From Amphiscolops sp. MND2022 (taxonomy: Eukaryota): a stretch of DNA of 64,000 nt. The notes under the pieces were generated by a model that was given only the letters and a program-made list of their open reading frames with translations, ran no database searches and was not told where the DNA came from. Where the stretch lies: positions 30,566,001-30,630,000 of the forward strand of contig OZ076410.1 of the NCBI GenBank assembly GCA_964187785.1, given 5' to 3'. The position numbers and the translations under genes are program-made. Every line of letters starts with the position of its first letter. Positions within the stretch are counted from its first letter, which is position 1. Shown here piece after piece: positions 31,420 through 42,624 of this stretch.

Positions 31420-32340
31420 ACAGTTGTCGTTTTTCGGATCAAAGTTTAGGATGTTTTGGAGCGGACTCTTTATTGATATATCTATCGGATTGAAATGCGA
31501 ACTTGAAAACAACTCGAAAGGGCGTACAACTCGAAAGCCGGGATCGGGAAGACATAACCGCAAATTAGATAACCCGAGAGAGCTAGAACTTCGATATCAT
31601 TTTGATCACAGTACAGGTTTTAGCCGGCTGAAGTTCTCAGAGAAACTGGAAATTAGTGCATGATCGGTTCACAGAGACCTGGGAAAATACCAGCGTGAAA
31701 ATGTTCCGAAGTCAACGCCGAAGCAAATGAAAGCTCAAAAACGTGGCCTGAACGAACTTCGGAGAAAACGGTTTTGGAAAACGATGTGGTCATAGATGGT
31801 CTTACTTCACTTTATCGAGCACGCGTTTGGCTGGTAACCGCGGGTACTGTTCTAGCGGCAAAACTTGATTCCGCCAATCGAAAACTACGCCGGAATCTGA
31901 AAATTCGGCCAAAGATTGTGGGCATGGGTATAGATATCCAAGAATGGCATCAGCGAAGTTGTTGATCAGTTGATCAAGTTCTAGTTAACCGAGGTATGTA
32001 TTTGAAACTTGGTATGAAAATTCGCGAGCCATTCATAATTTAAAATCACGAGTCACTTCAAAACGTAGTCTTTTGGCCCGATATAGCAACAGCACATTAT
32101 GCGACACATCAGTCACAGACTGGTTAGAGTCTGAAAACATCTCTTACATACCACAAAGTGGGAACACTCCGAACTGTTCCCGAGAAAGGCCAAAAAAGAA
32201 GTTTTGGGCATTTCTCAAGATAAAAAAACGAAGGTGATTGCCTTGCGAAAAACAGATGAAGTGGAAAAAAACTTTTAGTTGTGGCAAAATACTGCCCTCA
32301 AATATGTGTCAAAACCTCTCTAGACGTCTTCATTCCCAAG
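31420..32340 (+). pseudogene. Tc1/mariner (IS630-Tc1-mariner) transposase relic, DD37E-like
   Basis: RKPGSGR..RKL (31532); D.SYFTL; KFGQRLWAW..SKNGIS; VVFWPDIATAHYA; WLESENISYIP..NTPN...RP..FWAFLK. Frameshifts present; TIRs not identified. Confidence 0.82.
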
Positions 32341-32547
32341 TATGGAAGTCATGCTGTATTGGTGCTAAGTATTGGACGGTCCGCTGAACAAGGCCATGAT
32401 ACTGAAACATAAAATTTCAAACTGCTCTCAGACTCTGTTCTCCAAAGATTTTTAAATTCGGTTTTGTTCGTAATTTCAATGCGCTGGTGTAGAAATTTTT
32501 TTCCTCTGTCAAACTTGCTGTCTAACACCTTAGCTAGCCAATACACT

Positions 32548-33290
32548 TGTAACGACCGGCTAGCGACGCACATCTAGGAAGAGGGACAATGCCTAGGGTG
32601 CTTAAACAGGAGACCGTTGTCTTACTACATCCCTAGGCACTAGTTTTTGATCCCAAAATGGTCTCCAAGGGGGACTTTTCTATCGTCTAAGGAGGCTTCT
32701 CTAGTTAGAGCTCCGAGGCGACGTGCCGGCACTCTCAAAGTCCGGACACGCCCCAGAAGCCTGTAAAAACGAATCCTAGGTTCCTAACATACATTCCTGC
32801 CACCTCCTACATACTTCCGAGGTCCAAAAAGGTGTCTAACTGAAATACATTGTGTTTGGGGAATAAATTCTAAAATACAGATCTAGTAGATCAAACATCA
32901 TCCAAATACTTCGTAAACGGTAATAAAGCACGGGGATAAGCCCCAAAAACATTACAGTTTAGGGTCGGTCGTCAGTCTGGCCTCTGGCAGCATTCCTCAA
33001 CTTCGGGGCACAATGGTCTCATTTGGCACTTTTCTGCCAAAACCCTGTCTTTTTGCTGTCAGATGGCACAATTCCTGATTTTCTCGCCTTCTGGGTGATG
33101 ACATCGCTGACTTTCACGTTCCTGGGTGGGGGTGGGGTCTTCTGGGTGTGTTTTGCCTTTTTTTGCTTCCTCTACGGTTTTCGTACCTGCCGGGTCGGCC
33201 ATCTTGAATGTGGTTGTTTGATACCGCACATTTCGAATGTTTGATCGAATTTTTCAAAAACTTCTGCAACGTCCCTTGTCTGACGTTACA
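32548..33290 (-). mobile_element. LTR (family C), solo-like copy, 743 bp
   Basis: TGTAACG...CGTTACA inverted termini; flanked by ACT on both sides; near-identical to 37621-38349. Strand inferred from the PBS next to the second copy. Confidence 0.85.
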
Positions 33291-33920
33291 ACTTGACAGC
33301 GACGCAATCCATAAATAGCGCTCTGCTCAGCCACAATATGACTGACGCCATCTGGAGTAGATGGCTGAAAGATTAGGTTCCCAAACAGAGAATCTGCTTT
33401 AGATTGGTCTTTTCGATCCGAACAAAACCTCCAATGCAAAGTTTCTGGTGAACTATTGAACATTGATAGCTAACAGAAAACATGCTAGATTCGGACTTTA
33501 GAAGCACCGATTGTTTTCCCGGTGCCAGTCAGTTTTTTCGGGAAACAAAAGCAAAACTTTTGTAGTCCTAATTTTAGTCGGAGCTTTCATGGATTAAAAA
33601 CCCAACTATTATAGAAATTTTTTGACGCTTTATTTAATGCACATGAGCTGACCAAAATAGTTCTTCAAACGCTTTACAGAATCTTGAAATCTTGTAACGC
33701 CAGCACGCTATATTCGAATACTTGACGTTATATCCGAAGTTAATTGTGTTTTCCAATGGAAGAGGCAAAGGTTCAAAAGTTTGCACTACATCCGATTTTT
33801 TGACGAAATATCCATAAAGTGCGTTTTACTAGGGAGGAGCGGAGGTTCGAGTCTTATCAGTTTCAATATTTAGTTTGTTTCAAAAGAATAAGAAAAGGAC
33901 AATATATCTGAATGGTGACC

Positions 33921-34742
33921 TTATATCCGAAATAATTGATATTTTTGGTGAGAATGAAAGCCAAAGAGCCTTTTAGACCCAAAAAGTTCCTCCTTTTTTT
34001 CGGTAAGGTGAAATTGAGGGTTTGTTATAAAGAGGGTTTGTTTTAATTTCGCACCAAAATCACCTGCACTTTGTGTTACTGAATCTGTATAACTATGAAA
34101 AGCTCTCATCAGAACAGGTTTGGTATTGGCCGGGGGCCCACCTGATAGGGTAGGTTCTACAAAATGCACGATAGCACTTAAAAAGCGAAAAACAAACGTA
34201 ACAGCTGTGGTCTTGCAAAAGGGTCGTAGTTCATGGCCAACAAAAACTGCACAATAAATAGCACCAATGGGAAAACAGAGCTCAAAAATTAATAATATCA
34301 CCAAAAGTAAGGACCCATTCAGTCTATTGTGGTAGCAGTGTACGCTCAGATAGAGGTATCGTCTAGGTAGTATAGGCATCAATGTATATGCAAGAGATCG
34401 AAATAAACTGCTTCTCAAGGGGATGACAATGTCAATAGCGATGATAGAGCAGATCCAATAAAAGTCAAGAATCAGGCATGATAGATCATGGAAACGGTCT
34501 TCGGCATTAAAAACAAGTTTCAGAGCAATCATTCCAGTTTTATAAGCACGGCCGCTGGCCAAGCAGTTCTCAGAGCTTCGAAGCTCTAGGTGTTTCATCA
34601 TGCTAAGCGTTGATTTCTCTCGAGAGAGTACGGGTACTCCCCTGGCCAATCTCTTGTCCGGTGCTTTTACATCGACATGGTTCGTACAACTGTGGTACCG
34701 AGAACCGAGGTACACCTCAGGCATGAATCGAGCAACGAACAC
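33921..34742 (-). CDS. 273-aa open frame with several hydrophobic segments; possible class-A GPCR-derived relic, unassigned
   Basis: Longest non-TE ORF in the window. CSIIAIDIVIPLR, LLLVILLIFELCFPIGAIYCAVF and KTTAVTFVFRFLSAIV resemble TM3, TM5 and TM6, but DRY and NPxxY are absent. The last ~38 codons run into the duplicated flank. Confidence 0.3.
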   Translation of the reverse strand: MFVARFMPEVYLGSRYHSCTNHVDVKAPDKRLARGVPVLSREKSTLSMMKHLELRSSENCLASGRAYKTGMIALKLVFNAEDRFHDLSCLILDFYWICSIIAIDIVIPLRSSLFRSLAYTLMPILPRRYLYLSVHCYHNRLNGSLLLVILLIFELCFPIGAIYCAVFVGHELRPFCKTTAVTFVFRFLSAIVHFVEPTLSGGPPANTKPVLMRAFHSYTDSVTQSAGDFGAKLKQTLFITNPQFHLTEKKEELFGSKRLFGFHSHQKYQLFRI

Positions 34743-36479
34743 TGATTTTTTGAGAAGCCTGCTTGGCTACAGATGGTAGATTGTCTGAAAAGTCCGTTTG
34801 TCACTCATGCTGCCTTGTCTCTGGAGAGCACAAGTAAGGACGTAAAAGTGATCAGGGACTATAATGGGCCTTGGGGTGAGTAAGAGGAAGAACACTGAGT
34901 CTGAAGTGCTTTCTTGCAATAAGATCGTAATACGATCAGAAAAAGCGTTCTTTTTCAACTATGGTAGTCACTATGTACTTGTTGTTCTGTTTTGAGACGC
35001 CCTGCGTTCAAAGTCTGAACCTCTAAAAGTGCCTTCAAACAAGCTCCAGCAGCTATAGGGTACACAAGGTACCGAGCATTTGTGTTCACTGCGAATAATT
35101 TGCACTTAGGTGACTTTGATAGCAGTCAGGAGGCGAATTTCGATTTTTGGTTTTTCACCTCTATGTCTCGTAGACCGTTTTCTCTGAGACCCGAGATCTT
35201 AGGGTCGGTTTAGCACTAATCAAAACAATTCAGCAGGACGTGCTAATCGCGCCTGGTATGCTAGTGAGGTCGTTTGTGCTCTCACTGGCACGTACACTGA
35301 CAAAACGTATGCAATATATCTCACAAAATTGCAAAATCAACAATTTTTCGTCAACAGGCACTTCCTGGGAAGGGGAAATTCAGTTCTAGCGCTGCTAGCG
35401 ACCTCAACCTTTCACACCGTTTACTACACTAGCTGAATTGTGGAGAATTAACCTCCGATTGCCCCACAAACGACTCTGTGGGTGTTACGGTCACTTAACA
35501 ATGTTCACTGAAAAATCTACTATGTCGTGAAATTCACAAAAATTGGTCAAACTCGCCTTCTAGGCGTTCTAGCTACCTGAAATTTCGTATGCGAGCGTAA
35601 ATTATGCCCACGTGACAGAAAAACACGGCGGTGAGGTGCCTGGATTAATAACTGGCGATTCGGTGTGACAAGACCTTGATGTACCTGAGGTACCACTTTT
35701 TATGGTCAAAATTCACAAAAATGTCAATTTCTCAGCTTTGGCTGGCCGCGGGCTGCTCAAATTGCACAAATCGTCGGATCTAGTGCCGTACGTACTGAAA
35801 TGCAAGAATTTTAGTGCTGCGATACCTACAGGTATTGCACTATGCTCAACTAAAACTCGATTTTTTTTGGCAATTTTGTGCACTTTTTGAGCAAAACTGC
35901 AGCTAAGATTTTTCCACGAGTATTGACAGTAGCGCCATCAAAATCACGCTACTAGCATTACTTTTGCGCTTTACACGATGGTGCAATCCGTTTTTGGCTT
36001 TTCTTGCTAGGAGAAATTTCGATTTGTCAAAAATACGTGATTGCCGAATTCCCAAAATGTCGCAAAAATACCACGTTATTGGCTATTTCTCAGCAACCAC
36101 TGGATGGAATCACTCGCGGTTTTCTGCGTTTGCAACGTTTCAATTTATACTAACAGAAAATAGGCAAGCAAAATCTGGCAGGTTCCAAATAACGTCTCTC
36201 AAAAAATTCTCAAGTTACACCTTTCACACTCTGGGAACAATGTGAAAAATACGTATTTTCCCTAGGAACTTTTGCTTTCTCGGTTCCCAGATGTTCGGGA
36301 TTGTTCTAAACGTATTCTAATAAGATGTAATAACTTTATTCAGGGGACTGGGGTTGTTACAATTATTAGTTTTGATGTTATAACTCTCAGATCTACGGGG
36401 TCCTCTTCTCAGGTCTATGTATATCAAAGAAAATCAAAGGTTAAAGTTTCAATTTATCTTGGGAGATGCTAAAAATTGT

Positions 36480-37120
36480 CTTGGCAGTAGTGTTTCATAC
36501 TACCAGGCTCGAGAACATTGTTTTTGGGCTGATCTAAAAGCTTGGGAACAAATGCCCAAGGTTTCGCCCTCACCAATTTTGGTCTTTTGGGCCAAAATTG
36601 ATGTTTTTTCAACAAAAATCGCTAAATTTGTCAATGTTCCAACAATTTAGCCAAACAAATTTTTCTGTTCCCGACCTAACAGGACTAATGGAACGTTTTT
36701 CTTGTATTCACACTGGCCGTACGCTCTTGTGAAAAATTTTGGCTTTTGTAACTAATGATGACCGATAGGCAGCAATTGTATGTAACAATTAAAATTGGCT
36801 GATAACTTATTCAATATCTCGTTGGAGGGCCTCAAAAAACCGCTTGACGATAACGTTTTGCAATATTTGGCTCGGGAAAAAGAGTTTTAGGTAGCTCGCA
36901 ATGCTCTGGGAAAAACGAATAGGGCTTCGCCCTCACCAAATTTCGTCTCAAAGTCCAAATTTGACATTTTCAAACAAAAATTCCTAAATTTTTCGGTCTT
37001 TTTGGCAACTTAGCCTGGCAACTTTTTCTGTTCCTGACTTGGTAGGTCTAGTAGAACGTTTGTGTTGTATTCCCATTGGCCGTACCTTCTTCTGAGAAAT
37101 TTTGGCTTTTGAGAGTAATC
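36480..37120. repeat. Diverged tandem duplication, period about 365 bp
   Basis: Anchors TTCGCCCTCACCAA (~36563, ~36929), TTTTCTGTTCC and TGGCCGTAC (~36714, ~37077), and AAATTTTGGCTTTTG occur in both units. Confidence 0.75.
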
Positions 37121-37586
37121 AAGTTGAAAATCGAGCTATATCAGGTGTTATAGCTAGCTCGCTATATTTTTTTCAAAGAACAATCGGAATACCCAGTGGG
37201 TATTTTTCTCAGTTCTTACTAATGAGAGTACGTCTTGGAATGGGCATTTAAAGCCACAAAAACAAAAAGAGAGATTGTAACCCAGCCGATTCGTAGTGAT
37301 CCACCAGTGGGGGTTGCCGTGAAGGACGTCACTCCGTCGTCACAGCTAGTGGAGGCGCTCACACCACGTCCCTGCAGTCCCAATACATTACAACTAAGCT
37401 GAAATGAGGCTACAGAACCCTTTAAAACTGAATCCGGTTAAGCCGGATGGTTAATCTCGGTATGCAGAAACGGTGTCAAAACAAGCAATAAAAATAATCT
37501 AGGACTCTCCAAGAAGTCTTCCTAGATCCGGACCCTCTGGGGCGGGAAAGCAGAAGTTGCTCCTACTTGTACGCAAAATGAAAAAT

Positions 37587-37604
37587 ATCCCTCTGTGGTC
37601 GCCA
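37587..37604 (-). promoter_or_regulatory. Primer-binding site complementary to the tRNA-Arg 3' end
   Basis: Plus strand ATCCCTCTGTGGTCGCCA (18 nt ending in CCA) resembles metazoan tRNA-Arg(TCG) ...TCCCTTCGTGGTCG-CCA. It lies 16 nt from the LTR edge. Confidence 0.7.
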
Positions 37605-37620
37605 TAAAAACTATTCCAGA

Positions 37621-38349
37621 TGTAACGACCGGCTAGCGACGCACATCTAGGAAGTAGTGCTTAAACAGGAGACCGTTGTCTTACTGCATCCCTAGGCACT
37701 AGTTTTTGATCCCAAACTGGTCTCCAAGGGGGACTTTTCTATCGTCTAAGGAGGCTTCTCTAGTTAGAGCTCCGAGGCGACGTGCCGGCACTCTCAAAGT
37801 CCGGACACGCCCCAGAAGCCTGTAAAAACGAATCCTAGGTTCCTAACATACATTCCTGCCACCTCCTACATACTTCCGAGGTCCAAAAAGGTGTCTAACT
37901 GAAATACATTGTGTTTGGGGAATAAATTCTAAAATACAGATCTAGTAGATCAAACATCATCCAAATACTTCGTAAACGGTAATAAAGCACGGGGATAAGC
38001 CCCAAAAACATTACAGTTTAGGGTCGGTCGTCAGTCTGGCCTCTGGCAGCATTCCTCAACTTCGGGGCACAATGGTCTCATTTGGCACTTTTCTGCCAAA
38101 ACCCTGTCTTTTTGCTGTCAGATGGCACAATTCCTGATTTTCTCGCCTTCTGGGTGATGACATCGCTGACTTTCACGTTCCTGGGTGGGGGTGGGGTCTT
38201 CTGGGTGTGTTTTGCCTTTTTTTGCTTCCTCTACGGTTTTCGTACCTGCCGGGTCGGCCATCTTGAATGTGGTTGTTTGATACCGCACATTTCGAATGTT
38301 TGATCGAATTTTTCAAAAACTTCTGCAACGTCCCTTGTCTGACGTTACA
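37621..38349 (-). mobile_element. LTR (family C), 5' LTR copy with PBS and leader remnant to its left, 729 bp
   Basis: TGTAACG...CGTTACA; adjacent PBS; no gag or pol found in 34035-37586. Confidence 0.85.
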
Positions 38350-41300
38350 ACTTGACAGCGACGCAATCCATAAATAGCGCTCTGCTCAGCCACAATATGA
38401 CTGACGCCATCTGGAGTAGATGGCTGAAAGATTAGGTTCCCAAACAGAGAATCTGCTTTAGATTGGTCTTTTCGATCCGAACAAAACCTCCAATGCAAAG
38501 TTTCTGGTGAACTATTGAACATTGATAGCTAACAGAAAACATGCTAGATTCGGACTTTAGAAGCACCGATTGTTTTCCCGGTGCCAGTCAGTTTTTTCGG
38601 GAAACAAAAGCAAAACTTTTGTAGTCCTAATTTTAGTCGGAGCTTTCATGGATTAAAAACCCAACTATTATAGAAATTTTTTGACGCTTTATTTAATGCA
38701 CATGAGCTGACCAAAATAGTTCTTCAAACGCTTTACAGAATCTTGAAATCTTGTAACGCCAGCACGCTATATTCGAATACTTGACGTTATATCCGAAGTT
38801 AATTGTGTTTTCCAATGGAAGAGGCAAAGGTTCAAAAGTTTGCACTACATCCGATTTTTTGACGAAATATCCATAAAGTGCGTTTTACTAGGGAGGAGCG
38901 GAGGTTCGAATCTTATCAGTTTCTATATTTAGTTTGTTTCAAAAGAATAAGGAAAGGACACTATATCTGAATTGTGACCTTATATCCGAAATAATTGATA
39001 TTTTTGGTGAGAATAAAAGCAAAAAAGCCTTTTAGACCCAAAAGGTTCCTCCTTTTTTTCGGTAATGTGAAATTGAGGGTTTGTTGTAAAGAGAATCATT
39101 GACACTTGGAAGTACTTTTGCTCTTTTTGAGCCTCAAGCGGGCCGCCGACTTATGTCGTTCCAAGCTTGTTTCAAAATATTTTGAATGCTTTTTTAAAAA
39201 TATTTTAAGTCAAGACTCGAAACAGAAAAGATGATACCTTGCTCTCCAAGTCTCAACAACCATTGTTTATCAAAGTTTGAGTAACTATTATTGATAGTTT
39301 GATCGTACAAATGTTCATTCTAGTATGTTACTAAAGCATTATTGCTCCGATTTTTAATGAAAATATAATTGTATCTCCATGGATACAGACTTCGACTGTA
39401 TTTCAAAATGTATGTAAACATATTGAGTTTTGGATTCTCCTCGTTTTTTAAACAAATTGTTGTAGCAGTCGGCGTTTCAAAAAATATATAGTTTCGAAGT
39501 TTTCAGGGAAAATCGAAATATTTTTGTTGTAAATAATTCCATAGCATGACGGTTCGAATGAACTATCCGCTAAAATCAGCTTTAATTTACCTCAATGGAA
39601 CCTGATTCATCTTGAAACTGAGTAATGTTCCTGTTTCTATTTTATATTCAGATTCTAATGCGGAGTTGTTTCAGCATGAGAGCATTTAGCGCTTGTTTGT
39701 AAATCCCACTTCAAAAATTCTTCACTTCGAGCATTGGGCAAATTTGTTTCTTAAAATCGAATGGAACGCTAAATTCGATTTAGATATATTTAATGTTAAG
39801 CTACCTAAGAATTTTGATCGCGACCAAAATGAGAAACAACGATAGAACAGTGATTAAATGCATTCAATGGTAAATCTTCTTTTCAAAATTCAGTTTTATG
39901 CTTTCCATTTTACCTTTTCGCTACCAATCGATTGTTTTCCTCTTATCTCGATACCTGAACTAATTCCGGCAGTTTTCTTCCAAAACGTTGATTTTTCTGT
40001 GACTCATCGTCAACAAAAGTGCTTTTGCGTCATCATTATTTGAAAATGTAAATGTTTAATTCCTTGCATCTTCAGCTGCTTTTGGTTCGAAGTTTGCGCT
40101 GCTGCCAATTCAAGTGAGTTTTCCATCGATTTCATGCACGCTGATTTTCTCCGTGCCTTCGTCATAAGACCGAGCCGTTTGTGAGGCTGAAAACATCTGC
40201 GGGGAAATTAGTGACAGAAAACAAAGGTATTGGGACCTTCTAAGTACTTGTTATTGAAAAACGATGAAACGCGAAACCAATTTTATTCGGTGCACGTGAA
40301 TTTGAAAAATTATGAGGCAGCAACGACCAAAATATTTTGCTTACAAGATTCGTGCTGTTTCTTAATCAATAATTAATTGACTCAACAGCGTTTTCTTTTC
40401 CACTCGTTTTGCTGTCATCACAATAAGTGATATTCCGTTTTTCTCCTGTTTTCAATCTTGTCAGTTTTCCTTGTGAAAGTGAGTTAATTAATTTGAATTC
40501 CGCACTTTTTGCACAAAAGGCAAGGTTCAGCGAAGATACTTGAAAAAGCGGAAATCTTAATCCAACTTTTTTGTACTACGAAGTTCAAATGTTCAAATGG
40601 CATTATCTTTTCACGTTGAGAATTCAGTGTGTTTCTGTTTTTGTTCAAACTTGCCATACAGAGACATATTTGCAACTAATTAGTTTATGAATTTTCTCAT
40701 GACCATTTCATGCCATGATGGAAAAACCCATTTGCAATGCTAAATCTACTCAACATGCAAAAGGTCTAGAATTGTGTATACATCGACAATGTTCTTTGTT
40801 ACATAATTCTTATAGGATTTTAAAAAAAACGCATCGACTCGACCCTGAATTCGACAACTCAGTGAATTGAAAAAATTTACGAATTGTCGTCCTCCTTATT
40901 TATGAAAATTAGTGAAGCTTGATTTGGAATGTTTGACTTTTTCTTTCTTCTTGCGCCAGCAGTCAGCATTTTACATGTACATGCCTGCAGCATGCATATT
41001 TTAGATGGTTTTCTGCGGTAAGAGTAGCTGGTATTCGGATAATAAGAAGGGGACCAGGTTTATTAAAATGTATCGAAACCCGGAAATGTGTTGGGGCTTG
41101 AAAAGGGGGAGCAAAAGGGAGACGTTGCTTTAATATCCCAGGATGATGCCAGAACATACTGTATTATGGCCTTAGAATATTCCCACATTTTTTATTGCCC
41201 TCACATTCTCATTTCCTCTTAAATCGTTGATCTGAGACAAATTACTTTTTAATAAATTATAAACTGAGAAGCAATGGCGCAAATGCTGAGGAATTTGCGA

Positions 41301-42402
41301 ATTTTGCAAAAATATATAAGTTCCTGATAGCCAGTATTACATAGAGGATAAAAATAAAAAGACGCGAGGTATTATACATTGATCATAATCAGTATCGAAC
41401 GGGGTGTTTATTACGAGTTGAAAAGTTTTACCCGCCCTTTTGCTAATCACCCCGGTTTCATCCCATCCGCGGATAGATAATGCGGTAAAATTGCCGCAAA
41501 TTTATTACTTATTTAGCTGCATTACTTTGCATCTTAACAAGATTCGGAAAATAAACCTAGCCTTGTAACTTGACGGGTTTTCTACTGACTCGGTAATAAC
41601 TTTTCAAATCTAACCCTCCTTCCACTTTATGTTACCTTTGGAAACAGTGGCGACAATTGACTAGGAAGATATTAGCGCCCTTCTCAAATATTTCAACTGT
41701 TGCTTTTTCCTTTTTCCCAAGCATTTCACTTTGTTGTTATTATTGTTTTTCAAGCCTGATTTGCGACTTTGTTATTGGGATTAGCCCCTTTCTTGAACTC
41801 TGGCTGGGAATCCAGTTTCGCTCTGATGATGCTAACTACTAACCAGTGATAACAAGTTATTAAATTCGACATATCCGGCGCCATCTCAGTATTTCTGCTA
41901 CACTAACACCTGAAAAACGCCACATTCGCAAATCTCTACTCTCTAGCTCATATTAACTACCATCTTTACGTTACAGTCTGTACAGTTTGAGTATCTACAC
42001 CACGCGTTACCCCGAACAGCCTTCAAAGCTAGCAGGATTTGAAATTAATTTATAAATAATCACTAATCCAAATAGTTTTAATAAGTTGCCTTTCTTTCAA
42101 CAATCATCAAAGGCTCAAAATTTTTGGGCTAAAATTTGAGGAAAATAGTATTTATTATTTTCATCCTTTTTTGTACATCATTTCCATTTATTTTGAAATA
42201 AAGCTCGGATAGTTGGCGTTTATAACAGTTCGTTGTTTCATTTTTAAATTTTCGATTCATTTTTTGCATTCACTGTGACGTCATTATTGCCTTGGAGCGT
42301 TCTTATCTGCGCTACCCGTTAGCACCTTTTTTTTCGTGTTTACTGGTTTTCGCACTTATCACAAGAAACGACAAAGTGCCCTGTGATAAAGAAGCTTTAT
42401 GT

Positions 42403-42624
42403 ATGGCCAATAACCAAGAAATAAACGGCTCAGGTTCTAACGCATCCGCGGAGGGAGACGACACAAAAACAAGCTCCTCTGCCTCCACCACTCAGCAGCA
42501 GAAGCAGACTTCAAAAAAGAAAGGAGGAAAAAATGCATCTCTTCACTCACAAATCACTTACGACGAACAGGGACAGCCTATTTTTCCCGCTGAAATGTCT
42601 GAAACGGATCGAGTCGTCTTTCAG
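42403..42624 (+). CDS. Probable first coding exon of an unidentified host gene
   Basis: ATG 42403 opens MANNQEINGSGSNAS...KKKGGK...ITYDEQGQPIFPAEMSETDRVVFQ and ends at CAG|GTTTGT. TGACGTCA at 42276-42283 upstream. Downstream exons were not found; a gap follows at 44076. Confidence 0.5.

Larger units (their letters stand above)
32548..39093. repeat. 1.47-kb direct duplication (32548-34034 and 37621-39093): LTR plus 744 bp of flank
   Basis: Offset is a constant 5059 bp after a 14-bp indel near the LTR start. Near-identical except for clustered substitutions in the last ~200 bp. Confidence 0.95.

Noticed and set aside
31160-32400. Terminal inverted repeats of the Tc1/mariner relic
   Set aside because: Only a weak CTTAGC-centred similarity between the two ends, with no TA-flanked TIR pair.
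33023-33244. 73-aa hydrophobic ORF present twice (also 38082-38303)
   Set aside because: Identical only because it lies in the duplicated LTR; TTG start and pyrimidine-rich composition explain it.
39990-40200. Possible terminal exon on - after a CCCCGCAG acceptor (CFQPHKRLGLMTKARRKS...)
   Set aside because: About 60 codons, with no upstream exon found and no homology recognisable by eye.
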